Assembly (NCBI GenBank): GCA_963804995.1 | Contig: CAWDSK010000006.1 | Span: 768,001 to 832,000, forward strand | DNA length: 64,000 nt | Reading direction: 5' to 3' | Origin: an uncultured Acidobacteriota bacterium | Lineage (GTDB): Bacteria > Acidobacteriota > Terriglobia > UBA7540 | Shown here: positions 1-12,356 of the stretch, piece after piece | Layout: each line of letters begins with the position of its first letter | Position numbering within the stretch: position 1 is the first letter of the stretch | Made by a program: the position numbers and the translations under genes | The notes under the pieces: model-generated | Database searches by the model: none | What the model was told of the DNA's origin: nothing | Seen by the model: only the letters and a program-made list of their open reading frames with translations

Positions 1-432
1 ACGGTGTGGCGGAGCGTTGGGTCGAAAGTTGCCGACGAGACTTACTGGATCATGTTATCGCGGTGAATGAACGCCATCTGAAACGGCTGCTCTCTGAATA
101 CGTCCGCTACTACCACGAGGATCGCACGCATCTTGGACTCGGGAAGGGAACTCCGAACTGTAGAACTTGTTCCAGAGCCTCAGGTCGCGTCCTGTCTCAG
201 GAGCGACTCGGCGGGTTGCATCATCGTTACGATCGGGCTGCCTGACCCGGACCAATTTTTCACCTGTCCCAAATAGTATACACACGCCGCATGCGCGCGC
301 ACACTAGTTCCCACCCCGAGAGAACTTCGCGCACCTCCAAGCAAACCCTGGCCGAATTCAGGCTCTCTTTCAAGCTGAGCCGAGGACGAATCGCGCCAAG
401 TTTCGTCGTGGATGAGATTTTGGCGAACAACA
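1..432 (+). mobile_element. IS481-like element (rve/DDE integrase core), 3' part; transposase C-terminus at 1..245
   Basis: ORF ...ERWVESCRRDLLDHVI...LGGLHHRYDRAA matches the other copies in the window; the end GAGATTTTGGCGAACAACA (ends 432) resembles their TGT..ACA termini. Confidence 0.8.
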
Positions 433-680
433 CCCTCTCGCCGTCCTCATGTTTCTGTGGGTAAGACCGGGATCCCGGTTAAACTCGGGCTATTAAAGGA
501 CCACAACCAGGATTTATCCATACAGGCCGCTCGGACCGACAAAGAGAAAGGCTGGGGGGTGCGTTGCGGGTTCGCCGAGCGGATTGAATCATGGCGACAG
601 ACACGCTTCGATTCCAGCGACAAAAGGGCCTAAGAGTTTGGCACTGTCCAAACCTCTTCGAGTTCAGGTGGACTTCAAGG

Positions 681-1136
681 TTAACGCTCGTAGACATTCA
701 GGAGGTGTAAGCTCGTTGCCCGAACCCGCTCCTCAATAACATGAACAAACCGCTTCAGGAGTTCGTAACCCAAGTCATGGTCGGTTTCGGCCTTCTCACG
801 TAGGCATTTCCCATCCAAGGAAATCGCACGTGTGGTCTCGAGTGCGCGCGCCGTAAACTTCCAATGGTAGGGGGGAGAGAGCCACGACCAACCCAGAACG
901 TCACCTTCCTCAAGGATCAAAATGGTAAGGGGACCACGTCGATCAGCAAATAGCTGCAAGGCCACCTTTCCGGTGCGAATAAGATAGAACTCGTTAGCTT
1001 TTTCGCCCTCACGGAAGATCACGTGTTCGCTTTCAAAGCGCACGTTGCGGGCACACCCGACGAGTATCTGGAGGTGGCGCTGTTCCATGCCATTGAAAAG
1101 GGGATGCTGAGCCAGAATGGGTTCGAGTGTTTCCAT
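681..1136 (-). CDS. Stand-alone cyclic-nucleotide-binding (Crp/Fnr-type cNMP) domain protein
   Basis: IFREGEKANEFYLIRTGKV...GDVLGWSWL...TARALE motif; ATG 1136 preceded by a GGGAGG RBS; no HTH domain. Confidence 0.85.
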   Translation of the reverse strand: METLEPILAQHPLFNGMEQRHLQILVGCARNVRFESEHVIFREGEKANEFYLIRTGKVALQLFADRRGPLTILILEEGDVLGWSWLSPPYHWKFTARALETTRAISLDGKCLREKAETDHDLGYELLKRFVHVIEERVRATSLHLLNVYER

Positions 1137-1853
1137 GGCGACCCTCCCTATCCAACGTGAAGATATTGTAACGCATTTCTCGCACACTCCAAATCTGCAG
1201 GGGGACATTATATCCCTCATGTAATTCCATCTTTACAAACAGCTTGACGACACCGTTTTCAAGAGATACATTCTGCGTGTCGGTTGGCTCCGACGTGAGA
1301 CGTGCTTCTTCGGGGCCTCTGACGGGGAGAACGAAAATGGCTCCCCCTGGGTTGATGGCACGCGAGGTTTGTTCCATCGGCAACCGAGCCGAATTGAACG
1401 TCTCACAAGTCAACTCGGATCACACCAGCAGGGTTCTTAAGCATTGCCCCCAAAAGAAAAAGGAGTTCCTTTCCAAGGAGAAACCTCGGCAGAAAAGCAT
1501 CCTCCAGGAAGCACACTGGAAGCACTTCCCTCATGTTCCGCTAGCTATCCCACCTTTTCAACTTCCTAAACAGATTTCGCGCAGAGCAGATCCCAGGCGA
1601 CCCTCCGTCGTCGACAAACTTTTCTCGCGCGCAATTGAGACGCGTGATTTGGAGAGACACGCCACTCCGAGAGGATGCCATTCTCATTCTCTAGAATTGA
1701 CGGTGTGGAGCAAACTGTGCCACGTCCCGCCCGCGCAACATGCTGCGCAGGCGCGGAGAAATACGCTTCTTTAGCGAACGCCGCTCACCTGTGACAAGCT
1801 CGATCGCACGCAGGGTGGGCGGTCGAAAACCCGTCTCACAAGGGAGGAGTGTC

Positions 1854-3167
1854 ATGGAAAATGAAGCCTTGAGTATCGTAGACAAGCGCACAGAAAAGAC
1901 CTATGAGATCCCGATCTACAAGGGAACCGTTCGAGCCATGGATTTGCGCCAGATCAAAACCGGCCCCGACGATTTTGGGTTAATGACTTATGATCCCGCT
2001 TTCATGAACACCGCATCGTGCCAGAGCTCCATCACCTTCATCGATGGCGACAAGGGTATCCTGCGGTATCGGGGGTATCCCATCGACCAACTGGCAGAGA
2101 AGTGCAGCTTTCTTGAAGTTGCCTATCTGGTGCTGAACGGCGAGCTGCCCACCGCGGCGGAATTGAAGGATTTCGTCAGCAACGTCACTCACCACACCAT
2201 GCTGCACGAGACGACCAAGAAATTCCTGGAGGGTTTTCGTTACGATGCCCATCCCATGGGTATGTTTATCAGCACCGTGGCGGCGCTCTCCACGGTGTAC
2301 CCGGAGGCCAGGAATGTGCATGACCCCGAGGTGCGCAAGCTTCAAATCTATCGCCTGATTGGCAAAGTGCCCACCATCGCCGCCTACACCTATCGCCACA
2401 GCCTCGGCTACCCGTACGTTTATCCGGACAACGAACTCAGCTATACCGAGAATTTCATGAACATGCTGTGGAAGATGGCCGAGCCCAAATACCAAGCCAA
2501 TAGCACCCTGGCGCGCGCTCTCGATATCCTGTTTATCCTGCACGCCGATCACGAACAAAACTGCAGCGCCAACGCCATGCGGGCGGTGGGTAGCTCGCAG
2601 GCGGACCCGTTTGTGGCAACGGCCGCCGCGGCCGCCGCGCTCTCCGGCCCGCTGCACGGCGGCGCCAACGAAGAAGTCCTGAAGATGCTCGATGAGATTG
2701 GCTCCACGGATCACATCCCCGCCTACATCGAGCGCGTGAAGACCGGGCAGGTCAAGCTGATGGGCTTCGGCCACCGGATCTACAAGAATTATGACCCCCG
2801 CGCCCGGATCATCAAGTGGGCGGCCGATCAAGTCTTCCAGGTCACGGGCAGGAACCGGAGGCTCGACATCGCTTTGGAACTGGAGCGGATCGCGCTGCAA
2901 GATGAGTACTTCATCAAGCGAAAGCTCTACCCCAATGTGGATTTCTATTCGGGCATCATCTACCAGGCGATGGGGTTCAAGCCGGAAATCTTCACGGTGT
3001 TGTTCGCCATTCCGCGCACCGCGGGGTGGCTGGCCCAATGGCAGGAAATGCTGCAGGACCCCGAACAGAAGATTGCACGTCCACGACAGATCTTCACTGG
3101 TCACGACGTGCGAGATTTCGTCCCGATAGAGAAGCGCGGGGCCAAGGAATTCCCTGCGGCCGCATAG
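1854..3167 (+). CDS. gltA: Citrate synthase
   Basis: ITFIDGDKGILRYRGY, HADHEQN, GPLHGGANE, MGFGHRIYK and YPNVDFYSG motifs; GGAGGAG RBS before ATG 1854. Confidence 0.97.
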   Translation: MENEALSIVDKRTEKTYEIPIYKGTVRAMDLRQIKTGPDDFGLMTYDPAFMNTASCQSSITFIDGDKGILRYRGYPIDQLAEKCSFLEVAYLVLNGELPTAAELKDFVSNVTHHTMLHETTKKFLEGFRYDAHPMGMFISTVAALSTVYPEARNVHDPEVRKLQIYRLIGKVPTIAAYTYRHSLGYPYVYPDNELSYTENFMNMLWKMAEPKYQANSTLARALDILFILHADHEQNCSANAMRAVGSSQADPFVATAAAAAALSGPLHGGANEEVLKMLDEIGSTDHIPAYIERVKTGQVKLMGFGHRIYKNYDPRARIIKWAADQVFQVTGRNRRLDIALELERIALQDEYFIKRKLYPNVDFYSGIIYQAMGFKPEIFTVLFAIPRTAGWLAQWQEMLQDPEQKIARPRQIFTGHDVRDFVPIEKRGAKEFPAAA

Positions 3168-3183
3168 GCTGCACTTCCACTCT

Positions 3184-3229
3184 GGCATGACAACCCCTCC
3201 GCGGGCCCGTCCGCGGAGGGGTGCATGCC
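3184..3229. terminator. Strong GC hairpin between gltA and icd (terminator or RNA-stability element)
   Basis: ACCCCTCCGCGG-gcccgt-CCGCGGAGGGGT perfect 12-bp stem, extendable by GGCATG/CATGCC; no U tract. Confidence 0.5.
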
Positions 3230-3289
3230 TTGGAGCAACGCTGATTGCCTAGCTCAGACCGGCAAGGAAGTTCGTTCTTGGAGGTGAGC

Positions 3290-5506
<2,217 letters not shown>

Positions 5507-5772
5507 GTGGCTGGGCGGTTCTAGCCTCGGTGTCGCTGGAGCCTTTTTACTGGATCTGGAGTCAAGAGCCGGAGTGTGGGGTTTGCCCAGAAGAGCATGC
5601 GTTACAAAGGCTTATAGTTGTTGATACTGCTTTACTGGCGCGAAAAACATCATTTTCTGCTGATCAACCGGTCAAAATGGCCGGGAGAATGCTAGAAATG
5701 CTGTGGGGCGCTCCAAGTCGGACAATTTGCCCTCGAAGATTCGGAAAATGACGCTCTGCTGTCGAGGTTCAA

Positions 5773-5924
5773 ATGCCTGAAGCTCCCGCAGCATCGAAAG
5801 CCAGAAAGTTCCGCGGTCAAGTCTTTATTGACTGGACCCGTTGCAAAGGCTGCGGCTTCTGCATCGATTTCTGCCCGCCGAAAATCCTGGCTTTATCGGA
5901 GGAGTTCAACAGCCATGGGTACCC
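5773..5924 (+). pseudogene. N-terminal half of a 4Fe-4S ferredoxin (2-oxoacid:ferredoxin oxidoreductase delta-subunit-like), truncated by an IS
   Basis: CKGCGFCIDFCP...FNSHGY motif stops at the IS end at 5925; the second CxxCxxC motif is not found beyond the IS. Confidence 0.8.
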
Positions 5925-7270
5925 TGTCCACTCGAAAAACCTTAAAGCCACAGATTCCTTGATGAGCGTTGCGGTACTGCAACGGTGGATGAACAAGAAT
6001 CTCTCACATGCACTGTCCTTCGGTAGTGACTCTCGTCTTCGCAGCGTTATTGTGATTGTGCGATCCCTAAGAAGATTATGCTGCCACCCGGATGTAACGG
6101 TGATGCAGGCCGCCTACAACTGGAACGGAAACAAGCCTGCTCGGCTCTGTGACGGGCTCAGGCTCATTGGTGCGAAAGGGCGTCTCGCCGTCCAAACCAT
6201 AATGCGGCCTGGCGATGTGATAATACTCTTTGATGTATTCCCTCAGCAGTCGTTTTAGGTGTTCTTCACTGAGAATCATGACGTGATCCAACAGCTCCCG
6301 CCGCAGGGTGCCGCCATACCTTTCGACGAATGGATTTTGCCAGGGACAGCGAAAGGCAGTTCTAACTTCTTCGATGCCCGTTCCCTTTAGGAATCGACCC
6401 ACCTCATCTCCATAAACTGCGTCATTATCCCGGAATAGGTAAGTGGGCTGGATGCCAAAGGGCATCGCCTCGCGCAGCTGCTGGATCACCCAAGCCATCG
6501 TGGGACGAGCCGTCACAGCTACGTGTACCACCTGACGACGGGCATGATTGAGGATCACGAAGACATAAAGGATTTGGAATCGAATGGTGGGCACAGTGAA
6601 AAAGTCCATTCCCCAGCTGACGTCCGTATGATTGCGCAGGAAGGTCAGCCAGTTCTGGGACTTCTCCATCCCTCCTTTAGGCTTGACCATGTACTTGCGA
6701 ATCGTATCCGGGCAGGGAGGATCGAAACCGAGAAGCAGCAAATGCCCATGAATCCTTTCGGCACTCCACAGCACGTTTTCGCCACTGAGTTGTCGGATCA
6801 GAACGCGCATTTCCTGGCTGATTAGGGGGCGCCCTCCCACGCCCCGCGATTTCCAGCGCCACCACAGGCGAAAACCTCTCGTATGCCATTTGAGAACAGT
6901 CTTTGGCTGCATCAAGTCTGCGACAGGTTTCCACCCCCTCCAAACCACGGACAACAGCACCCACAGCAGACGAAAAGCCGGGGTGAACCGGGGTCGGGTC
7001 TGTTTCTTTTGCCGGATACTTTCTTTGTAAAAGCTGAGCTGACTTCGAATGGCCACCAACTCACATCCCAGTGAGGCGCGGCTGCGGAAGAAGGCCGAGA
7101 CAAAGATCAGTGCATAATGGATGACCTCTTGCCCGAATCGCAGAAACGAGAGGGGCTGCCGACAGAGATTCTGGATTGTTTTCATGCTCAAAGATGGTAA
7201 TCGTTAGGCAGGCTTTGCAACCTTTCTAATTCCTTGGACCTAAAGGGATATGAAGTATTTCGGGTAGACA
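5925..7270 (-). mobile_element. IS481-like element, apparently complete
   Basis: Imperfect terminal IRs TGTCCACTCGAAAAAC (5925) and rc TGTCTACCCGAAATAC (7270) flank an intact transposase. Confidence 0.85.
6076..7191 (-). CDS. IS481-like transposase (rve integrase core)
   Basis: MDFFTV..., LFRDND..., PWQNPFVER..., LRRELLDH and GGLHHRY DDE-core motifs. Confidence 0.9.
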   Translation of the reverse strand: MSMKTIQNLCRQPLSFLRFGQEVIHYALIFVSAFFRSRASLGCELVAIRSQLSFYKESIRQKKQTRPRFTPAFRLLWVLLSVVWRGWKPVADLMQPKTVLKWHTRGFRLWWRWKSRGVGGRPLISQEMRVLIRQLSGENVLWSAERIHGHLLLLGFDPPCPDTIRKYMVKPKGGMEKSQNWLTFLRNHTDVSWGMDFFTVPTIRFQILYVFVILNHARRQVVHVAVTARPTMAWVIQQLREAMPFGIQPTYLFRDNDAVYGDEVGRFLKGTGIEEVRTAFRCPWQNPFVERYGGTLRRELLDHVMILSEEHLKRLLREYIKEYYHIARPHYGLDGETPFRTNEPEPVTEPSRLVSVPVVGGLHHRYIRVAA

Positions 7271-7365
7271 CCCCCTGCTGGCCTCCCCACAGTCAGCTTT
7301 ATGCTTTCCATAGATTTCTTTTGTTGGCTTCCCTTGGATTACTAATGGTACTATGGTCTCAACGT

Positions 7366-7470
7366 ATGTTAGAGCACACCCAAACTCGCACTTCTCGTTC
7401 CATTCCGCCGTCTCTCGCTCTTTCGATTACCATCCTCATTATTGGGGTCGTGGTGTCTCGCCCCGTCTGA
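7366..7470 (+). CDS. ilv attenuator leader peptide (34 aa)
   Basis: MLEHTQTRTSRSIPPSLALSITILIIGVVVSRPV has a run of Ile/Leu/Val codons directly upstream of a terminator and ilvB. Confidence 0.8.
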   Translation: MLEHTQTRTSRSIPPSLALSITILIIGVVVSRPV

Positions 7471-7493
7471 TAGCTTTCGAAGTTAAGTTTAGA

Positions 7494-7534
7494 GGCCATC
7501 AGCGGGGAAAGACAAACCGCCTGATGGCTTTTTT
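7494..7534 (+). terminator. Attenuator terminator of the ilvB leader
   Basis: GGCCATCAGCGG...CCGCCTGATGGCT stem followed by TTTTTT; CCCCGTCTGATAGCTT (7461-7476) can form the alternative antiterminator. Confidence 0.85.
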
Positions 7535-7567
7535 CGTTTTGGTTCATGTTTTGAGGAGGAGAAGCCG

Positions 7568-9694
7568 ATGCCGAATATGAGGACAGGTGCAGAAATCCTC
7601 TTGGAGTGTTTGGCCCGAGAAGGGGTGAAGGACATCTTCGGCTTTCCGGGGGGCGCCACCTTGCCGCTCTACGATGCTCTTTACGACCACGGCATCCGCC
7701 ATGTGTTGATGCGGCACGAGGAGAACGCCTGCTTTGCCGCTGAAGGGTATGCGCGCGCTTCCGGTAAAGTTGGCGTGTGCTGCGCCACATCCGGCCCGGG
7801 CGCCACTAACCTGGTGACCGGCCTGGCGGACGCTTATTTGGATTCCATCCCCATCGTCGCCATCACCGGCCAGGTCTCAACAAAAGTCCTGGGGACCACG
7901 GCCTTCCAGGAAGCGGATACCTTCAGCATCTCACTCCCCTGCACCAAGCACAATTACCAGGTTCGGAAGATTGAGGACTTGCCCCGCGTAATACATGAAG
8001 CGTTCCACATTGCCTCAACGGGACGTCCAGGTCCTGTCCTCATTGACATCCCCAAGGACGTTCAACAGTCGAAAGCTCAGTTCGTCCCCTGCGATGAGCT
8101 CGACCTTCCGGGGTACAAAGTCCCAGCGGACGGCAATCCCGCGTACATCCAACAGGCTGGTCAGTTGATCTGGGCGTCCGAGCGCCCCATCGTCTACGCC
8201 GGAGGCGGAATTGTTTCGGCCGGAGCGGCTGCGGAGTTACAAGAGTTCGTCGGGTTCCTTGATGCCCCCACGGTTTGCACCCTCATGGGCCTGGGGGGAT
8301 TACCCGCCGACGATCCGAATTTCGTGAGTATGCCCGGCATGCACGGGAGTTACGCTGCCAACATGGGCCTGACTCATGCCGACCTGCTGATTGCCCTCGG
8401 GGTGCGCTTTGACGATCGCGTGACCGGAAAGCTTTCCACTTTTGCTCCACATTCCAAGGTCATTCATGTGGATATCGACGCCTCCGAACTCGGTAAAAAC
8501 CGCAGCGCGGATATCTCGATCACAGGGGACGTAAAATGCGTGCTACGACAGTTGAACCATTACCTCAGGGAAACGAAGTCCCAGTATGCTGAGGAATGTG
8601 CCCGTGAGCGTAAGGCCTGGCGTGTTCAAGTGCGAGGTTGGAAGGCCCAGTATCCGCTGAGCACCCCGGCGTCCGACGAGGTGATCAAGCCGCAACACCT
8701 GATGGCGGAAATCGACAGGGTGTCTGCGGGCGCCGCGCTGGTCTGTTCTGATGTGGGGCAGCACCAAATGTGGGCCGCACAACTGATCCGCTTCAATGAG
8801 CCGCGCCTGTGGCTCAACTCCGGGGGCCTGGGATCCATGGGTTTTGGTTTGCCCGCCGCCATCGGAGCGCAGATTGCCTGTCCGGATAAGCCGGTATTTG
8901 CCCTGGTTGGTGATGGCGGCTTCCAGATGTCCATCCCGGAACTAGCCACTGTGGCTAATTACGCCTTGCCCATCAAGATCGTGGTCATGAATAACGGCCA
9001 CCTGGGAATGGTGCGCCAGTGGCAAGAACTGTTCCATCACAACCGGCTGAGCGCCGTTAAGCTCAACACCTTCCCGGATGCACCGAAACTCGCCGAGGCC
9101 TATGGCCTGCGGGGATTCAATATCGACAGCCCCTCGATGCTGACCCAAGTCCTGCGGGACGCCGCCAGCGCGCCCGGCCCGTGCCTTCTCAATGTAAAAG
9201 TAGCGCCTTTCGAAAACGTCTACCCCATGGTGCCCTCGGGCGCGGGAATCCACGAGATGGTCTTGGGACCAGAAGAACGGAGCGGTGAGCTTACCTCGCC
9301 AGCAGCCGCGGCCTTACCCCAGGGGCAGCGTGATGAGGCTGCTCTGCCCGCGCAAAAGTCCTTTGCCCTGCTGGTGGAAAACCTCCCCGGAGCCCTGCAA
9401 AGAATCCTTACCATCATCACGACCCAGGGCTGCGCTGTCCGGAGCCTCTTCGCCGTTCCGACGGGGGTATCGGACCATTTAAAGGTTACCATCGCGCTCC
9501 AAGGTGATGAGATAGCATTGTCGCGAGTGGCCAAAAGAGTAAGTCAACTGGTTAACGTCCTGGAATTGTTGGAACCGCCGCTAGAAGTTTTGCCCAGCCA
9601 GGTGGAGGCGTTGGACCTGCAACTTCGAGGGGAGAGCAAGAAACCCCAATCCACCGCAAGAAAGGATTGCGATAGTGGCGTAAGCGCTGCCTGA
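7568..9694 (+). CDS. ilvB: Acetolactate synthase large subunit with a C-terminal fused ACT (IlvN/IlvH-like) domain
   Basis: FGFPGGA, RHEE, TSGPGATN, GMHG, RFDDRVTG, DVGQHQMW, GDGGFQM and LGMVRQWQ motifs; extra ~140-aa tail containing LLVENLPGAL...LVNVL. Confidence 0.95.
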   Translation: MPNMRTGAEILLECLAREGVKDIFGFPGGATLPLYDALYDHGIRHVLMRHEENACFAAEGYARASGKVGVCCATSGPGATNLVTGLADAYLDSIPIVAITGQVSTKVLGTTAFQEADTFSISLPCTKHNYQVRKIEDLPRVIHEAFHIASTGRPGPVLIDIPKDVQQSKAQFVPCDELDLPGYKVPADGNPAYIQQAGQLIWASERPIVYAGGGIVSAGAAAELQEFVGFLDAPTVCTLMGLGGLPADDPNFVSMPGMHGSYAANMGLTHADLLIALGVRFDDRVTGKLSTFAPHSKVIHVDIDASELGKNRSADISITGDVKCVLRQLNHYLRETKSQYAEECARERKAWRVQVRGWKAQYPLSTPASDEVIKPQHLMAEIDRVSAGAALVCSDVGQHQMWAAQLIRFNEPRLWLNSGGLGSMGFGLPAAIGAQIACPDKPVFALVGDGGFQMSIPELATVANYALPIKIVVMNNGHLGMVRQWQELFHHNRLSAVKLNTFPDAPKLAEAYGLRGFNIDSPSMLTQVLRDAASAPGPCLLNVKVAPFENVYPMVPSGAGIHEMVLGPEERSGELTSPAAAALPQGQRDEAALPAQKSFALLVENLPGALQRILTIITTQGCAVRSLFAVPTGVSDHLKVTIALQGDEIALSRVAKRVSQLVNVLELLEPPLEVLPSQVEALDLQLRGESKKPQSTARKDCDSGVSAA

Positions 9695-9738
9695 CGAATC
9701 GGGAAGCAGTTCGACCCATTCCCACCGCGGGGTAGACC

Positions 9739-11052
9739 TGTCCCTGCCAAAAACTCGATCGACCGCAAAGAGCGGCTAATTCGCAGCGTGTCAAAGGGTC
9801 GAGGGAGTTGCTGGGCGGACGCGGCCTCCAGATTTCATGGCGGTGCGAGTGCGGGGAAGGTTCTGTTCCCAGCGGGAGGGAGGCTTCACCGGTCTCGGCC
9901 GACTCCAGTGGGAACACACCCCTCTTGAGTCTGTGAACAATTCTTCAAGCCGCCCGCCGTTCGTAGCGGTGATGCAGTCCACCCACTTCCCGCAGTTCAA
10001 CGACGGACCCCAGCTCCGGCGGTTGAACCGGTCTGCTCTCCGGTGCATCTTTATCCAACGACAAGTGAGTGCGGGCCCGGTGGTAGTAAGCGAAATACAA
10101 CTTGAGCCTCTGGCGCAGAGACTCCTCGTTGAGTACGATGAGGTGATCCAGGCACTCCCGTCGAACGGATCCGATCAGGCGCTCCACATAGGGACTCTGC
10201 CATGGCGACCTCGGGGCCGTCATGACTTCGCGAATCGCCATCCCTCGGACTCTTTGCCGGAAGACGTCGCCATGGATGCTATCGCGATCACGGAGCAGAT
10301 AGCGTGGGGCCGTATCCCAAGGGAAGGCCTCGACAACCTGTTGCGCCGTCCATTCCGAGGTGGGATGGGCAGTAACGTTGAAATGAATCACGCGGCGCCG
10401 CTGATGGGCCAAGACCACAAAGACAAAGAGGATTCGAAAGTTCACCGTCGGCACGACGAAGAAATCCGTGGAGACCAATTGCTTCAGGTGAATATCGAGG
10501 AACGTACGCCACGTCTGGGAGGGTGGTCTTCGGTGACGCTCCATGTACTTGGCAGCGGTGGCTTGAGATAATTCAATTCCGAGCTTCAGGAGCTCGCCAT
10601 GGATGCTTGGTGCTCCCCAGCGCGGATTCGCCAGGCTCATCTTCCGGATGAGGTCCCGAACCTCACGAGACACTTCAGGCCTTCCCGGCCTACCCGGTCT
10701 ACTCTTCCATGTCCAATACAGGCGGAATCCCCGGCGATGCCAGGCAATAACCGTTTCCGGCTTGACGATGATGAGCGCAGAACGCCAGCCGGGCCAGAGG
10801 TACAGCAGCCATGTCCACAAGAGGCGGTCCACCTCCGTGAGTCGAACGCGCCCACGCTGCGACCTTCGGAGCACGTTTATCTGGTGGCGGAGGGGCAAGA
10901 ATCTCCAACTGCAAGGCCGCCCGGGTTTGGAAGCAGGAGCGGAGAGTGCCCAGGAAGGAAAAGAATAGGGTAAACATGGGAGCGGGAAGCTTAGCAGTGG
11001 GAGCCAACCAACATCAATGATTTCAATCCGGACGGAGTTTTTGGCAGGTACA
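9739..11052 (-). mobile_element. IS481-like element
   Basis: IRs TGTCCCTGCCAAAAACTC and rc TGTACCTGCCAAAAACTC (17/18 match). Confidence 0.9.
9945..10977 (-). pseudogene. IS481-like transposase with a one-base frameshift near 10895
   Basis: N-terminus MFTLFFSFLG...LEILA joins LRHQINVL...GGLHHRYERRAA if one C is removed from a C run. Confidence 0.85.
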
Positions 11053-11181
11053 GGTTACGCCGAGCAGTTCGACGATTTCCGCTCGCGTCGTCTCCCGCCG
11101 CCGTGCTCGCTGAGCGCAAGCACGATCCTGCTCTCCTGGGGCGAAAGAGACCGGGTTGTGAAAGCCGTGTCATTCTCCGTT

Positions 11182-11209
11182 GCAAAGCCCCCCGAAAGAG
11201 GGGGTTTTG
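11182..11209. terminator. Hairpin, possible intrinsic terminator
   Basis: CAAAGCCCCC-CGAAAGA-GGGGGTTTTG. Confidence 0.45.
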
Positions 11210-12247
11210 ATGAACCTTATAGCAATGCTCATGCCTCTGTCATGCAGCTTTAGTCGCCGTCCTGAGTGGGGCATATGCGATGAACATTGCTCAATTTCTT
11301 TTGCAGAGCGTCTCGGGAAAGTGAGTGGCTTTGGCTGCATTAGACTGTACGCGCCTGCTCTCGCACGGTCGCACATTAGGTAAGATAATCTCCATGAAGG
11401 CACCATGAACAGGCCCAATCCGCTCGTGGGGATATCCAGCTGAAATCGGCGATGAGATAGGGGGCTCCGTAAAACCTCTGGTGGTTCAAGCTCTCCGGCC
11501 TTCGAGATGTCGACGGTGCGTGCAAGTGGCGCCGTTTGCCGGGTCCTTCGGGCGAAATGGTGTATTGACGCGGAGATTGCCAAAGTTACACACGGGACTG
11601 CGGGCCTGACAACTGAATCGAAACCGTTATTTCCTCCTGGACACCATTTGGGGCGACGAGGAGTGTATCAGATGGGATTCTGTTGAGATTTCTAGAAATT
11701 GGCAGCTACAAAATCGACTACGGTAGGTCCTCCCCGAGCCAAAGAACAGCCAGGAAACGCTTGATCCTACAAGTGTTCTGCTGCAACCCAGCCCATAGGC
11801 CAACGGTTTCCCAAACCGTTTATCTAGGCTGAGAACGTTCCATGCATGCTGCTGCCTGTTTGCCACCAAAATTCCGTGCCACCTAAGAATTAGCGCCAGA
11901 CTCTCCGTCGATCGAATCAAGGCCCGATTCTTTTTTTGTGTTTGATTGAGACCGCGAAGCCTATTGAAGTCCACGCAAACGGAGTTTTTGATAGGAACAG
12001 GAACTCAGGGCGGCAAGAACGGAAACAGATAGCGCGAACATAGGAACGGGAGCTTACCAGTCGCGGCGGGACAAGATCAATTGATTCAATGCGGACGAAG
12101 TTTTTGGTAACCACGACTTGACGTTAGCCCGAATATTGAGCGGCGTGCGAATTCCCCACTCGATCGGCTTGGACGCAGCTTTGAGGATATAAGCTCAAGA
12201 CGCGAGCAGCTAGTGTACAATAGATAAGTACAGTTCATACTCCATAT

Positions 12248-12356
12248 GGTGGTGTCTCAGTTTGCTGTAGCGGCGCTCTATGAGCGCCGGAACTCATTGA
12301 AGAAGAACCGGCGGTCATAGACCGCCGCTACAAAAAAATCAAACTGAGACACTACC
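12248..12356. mobile_element. 109-bp MITE enclosing an inverted REP doublet
   Basis: Terminal IR GGTGGTGTCTCAGTTTG / CAAACTGAGACACTACC (16/17); flanking CTCCATAT/TTCCATAT (7/8) duplication; internal GTAG-type palindromes. Confidence 0.8.

Noticed and set aside
1356..1725. Sigma-54 promoters at TGGCAC motifs upstream of gltA and the cNMP gene
   Set aside because: Spacing to TTGC does not fit the -24/-12 consensus
1980..3188. Long antisense ORFs (also 3296-4174, 9837-10571, 19731-20483, 40196-41299)
   Set aside because: Shadow frames of real GC-rich genes, with no motifs of their own
5925..6258. C-terminal extension of the ferredoxin ORF (161 aa in the track)
   Set aside because: Read-through into the IS antisense strand, not a real domain
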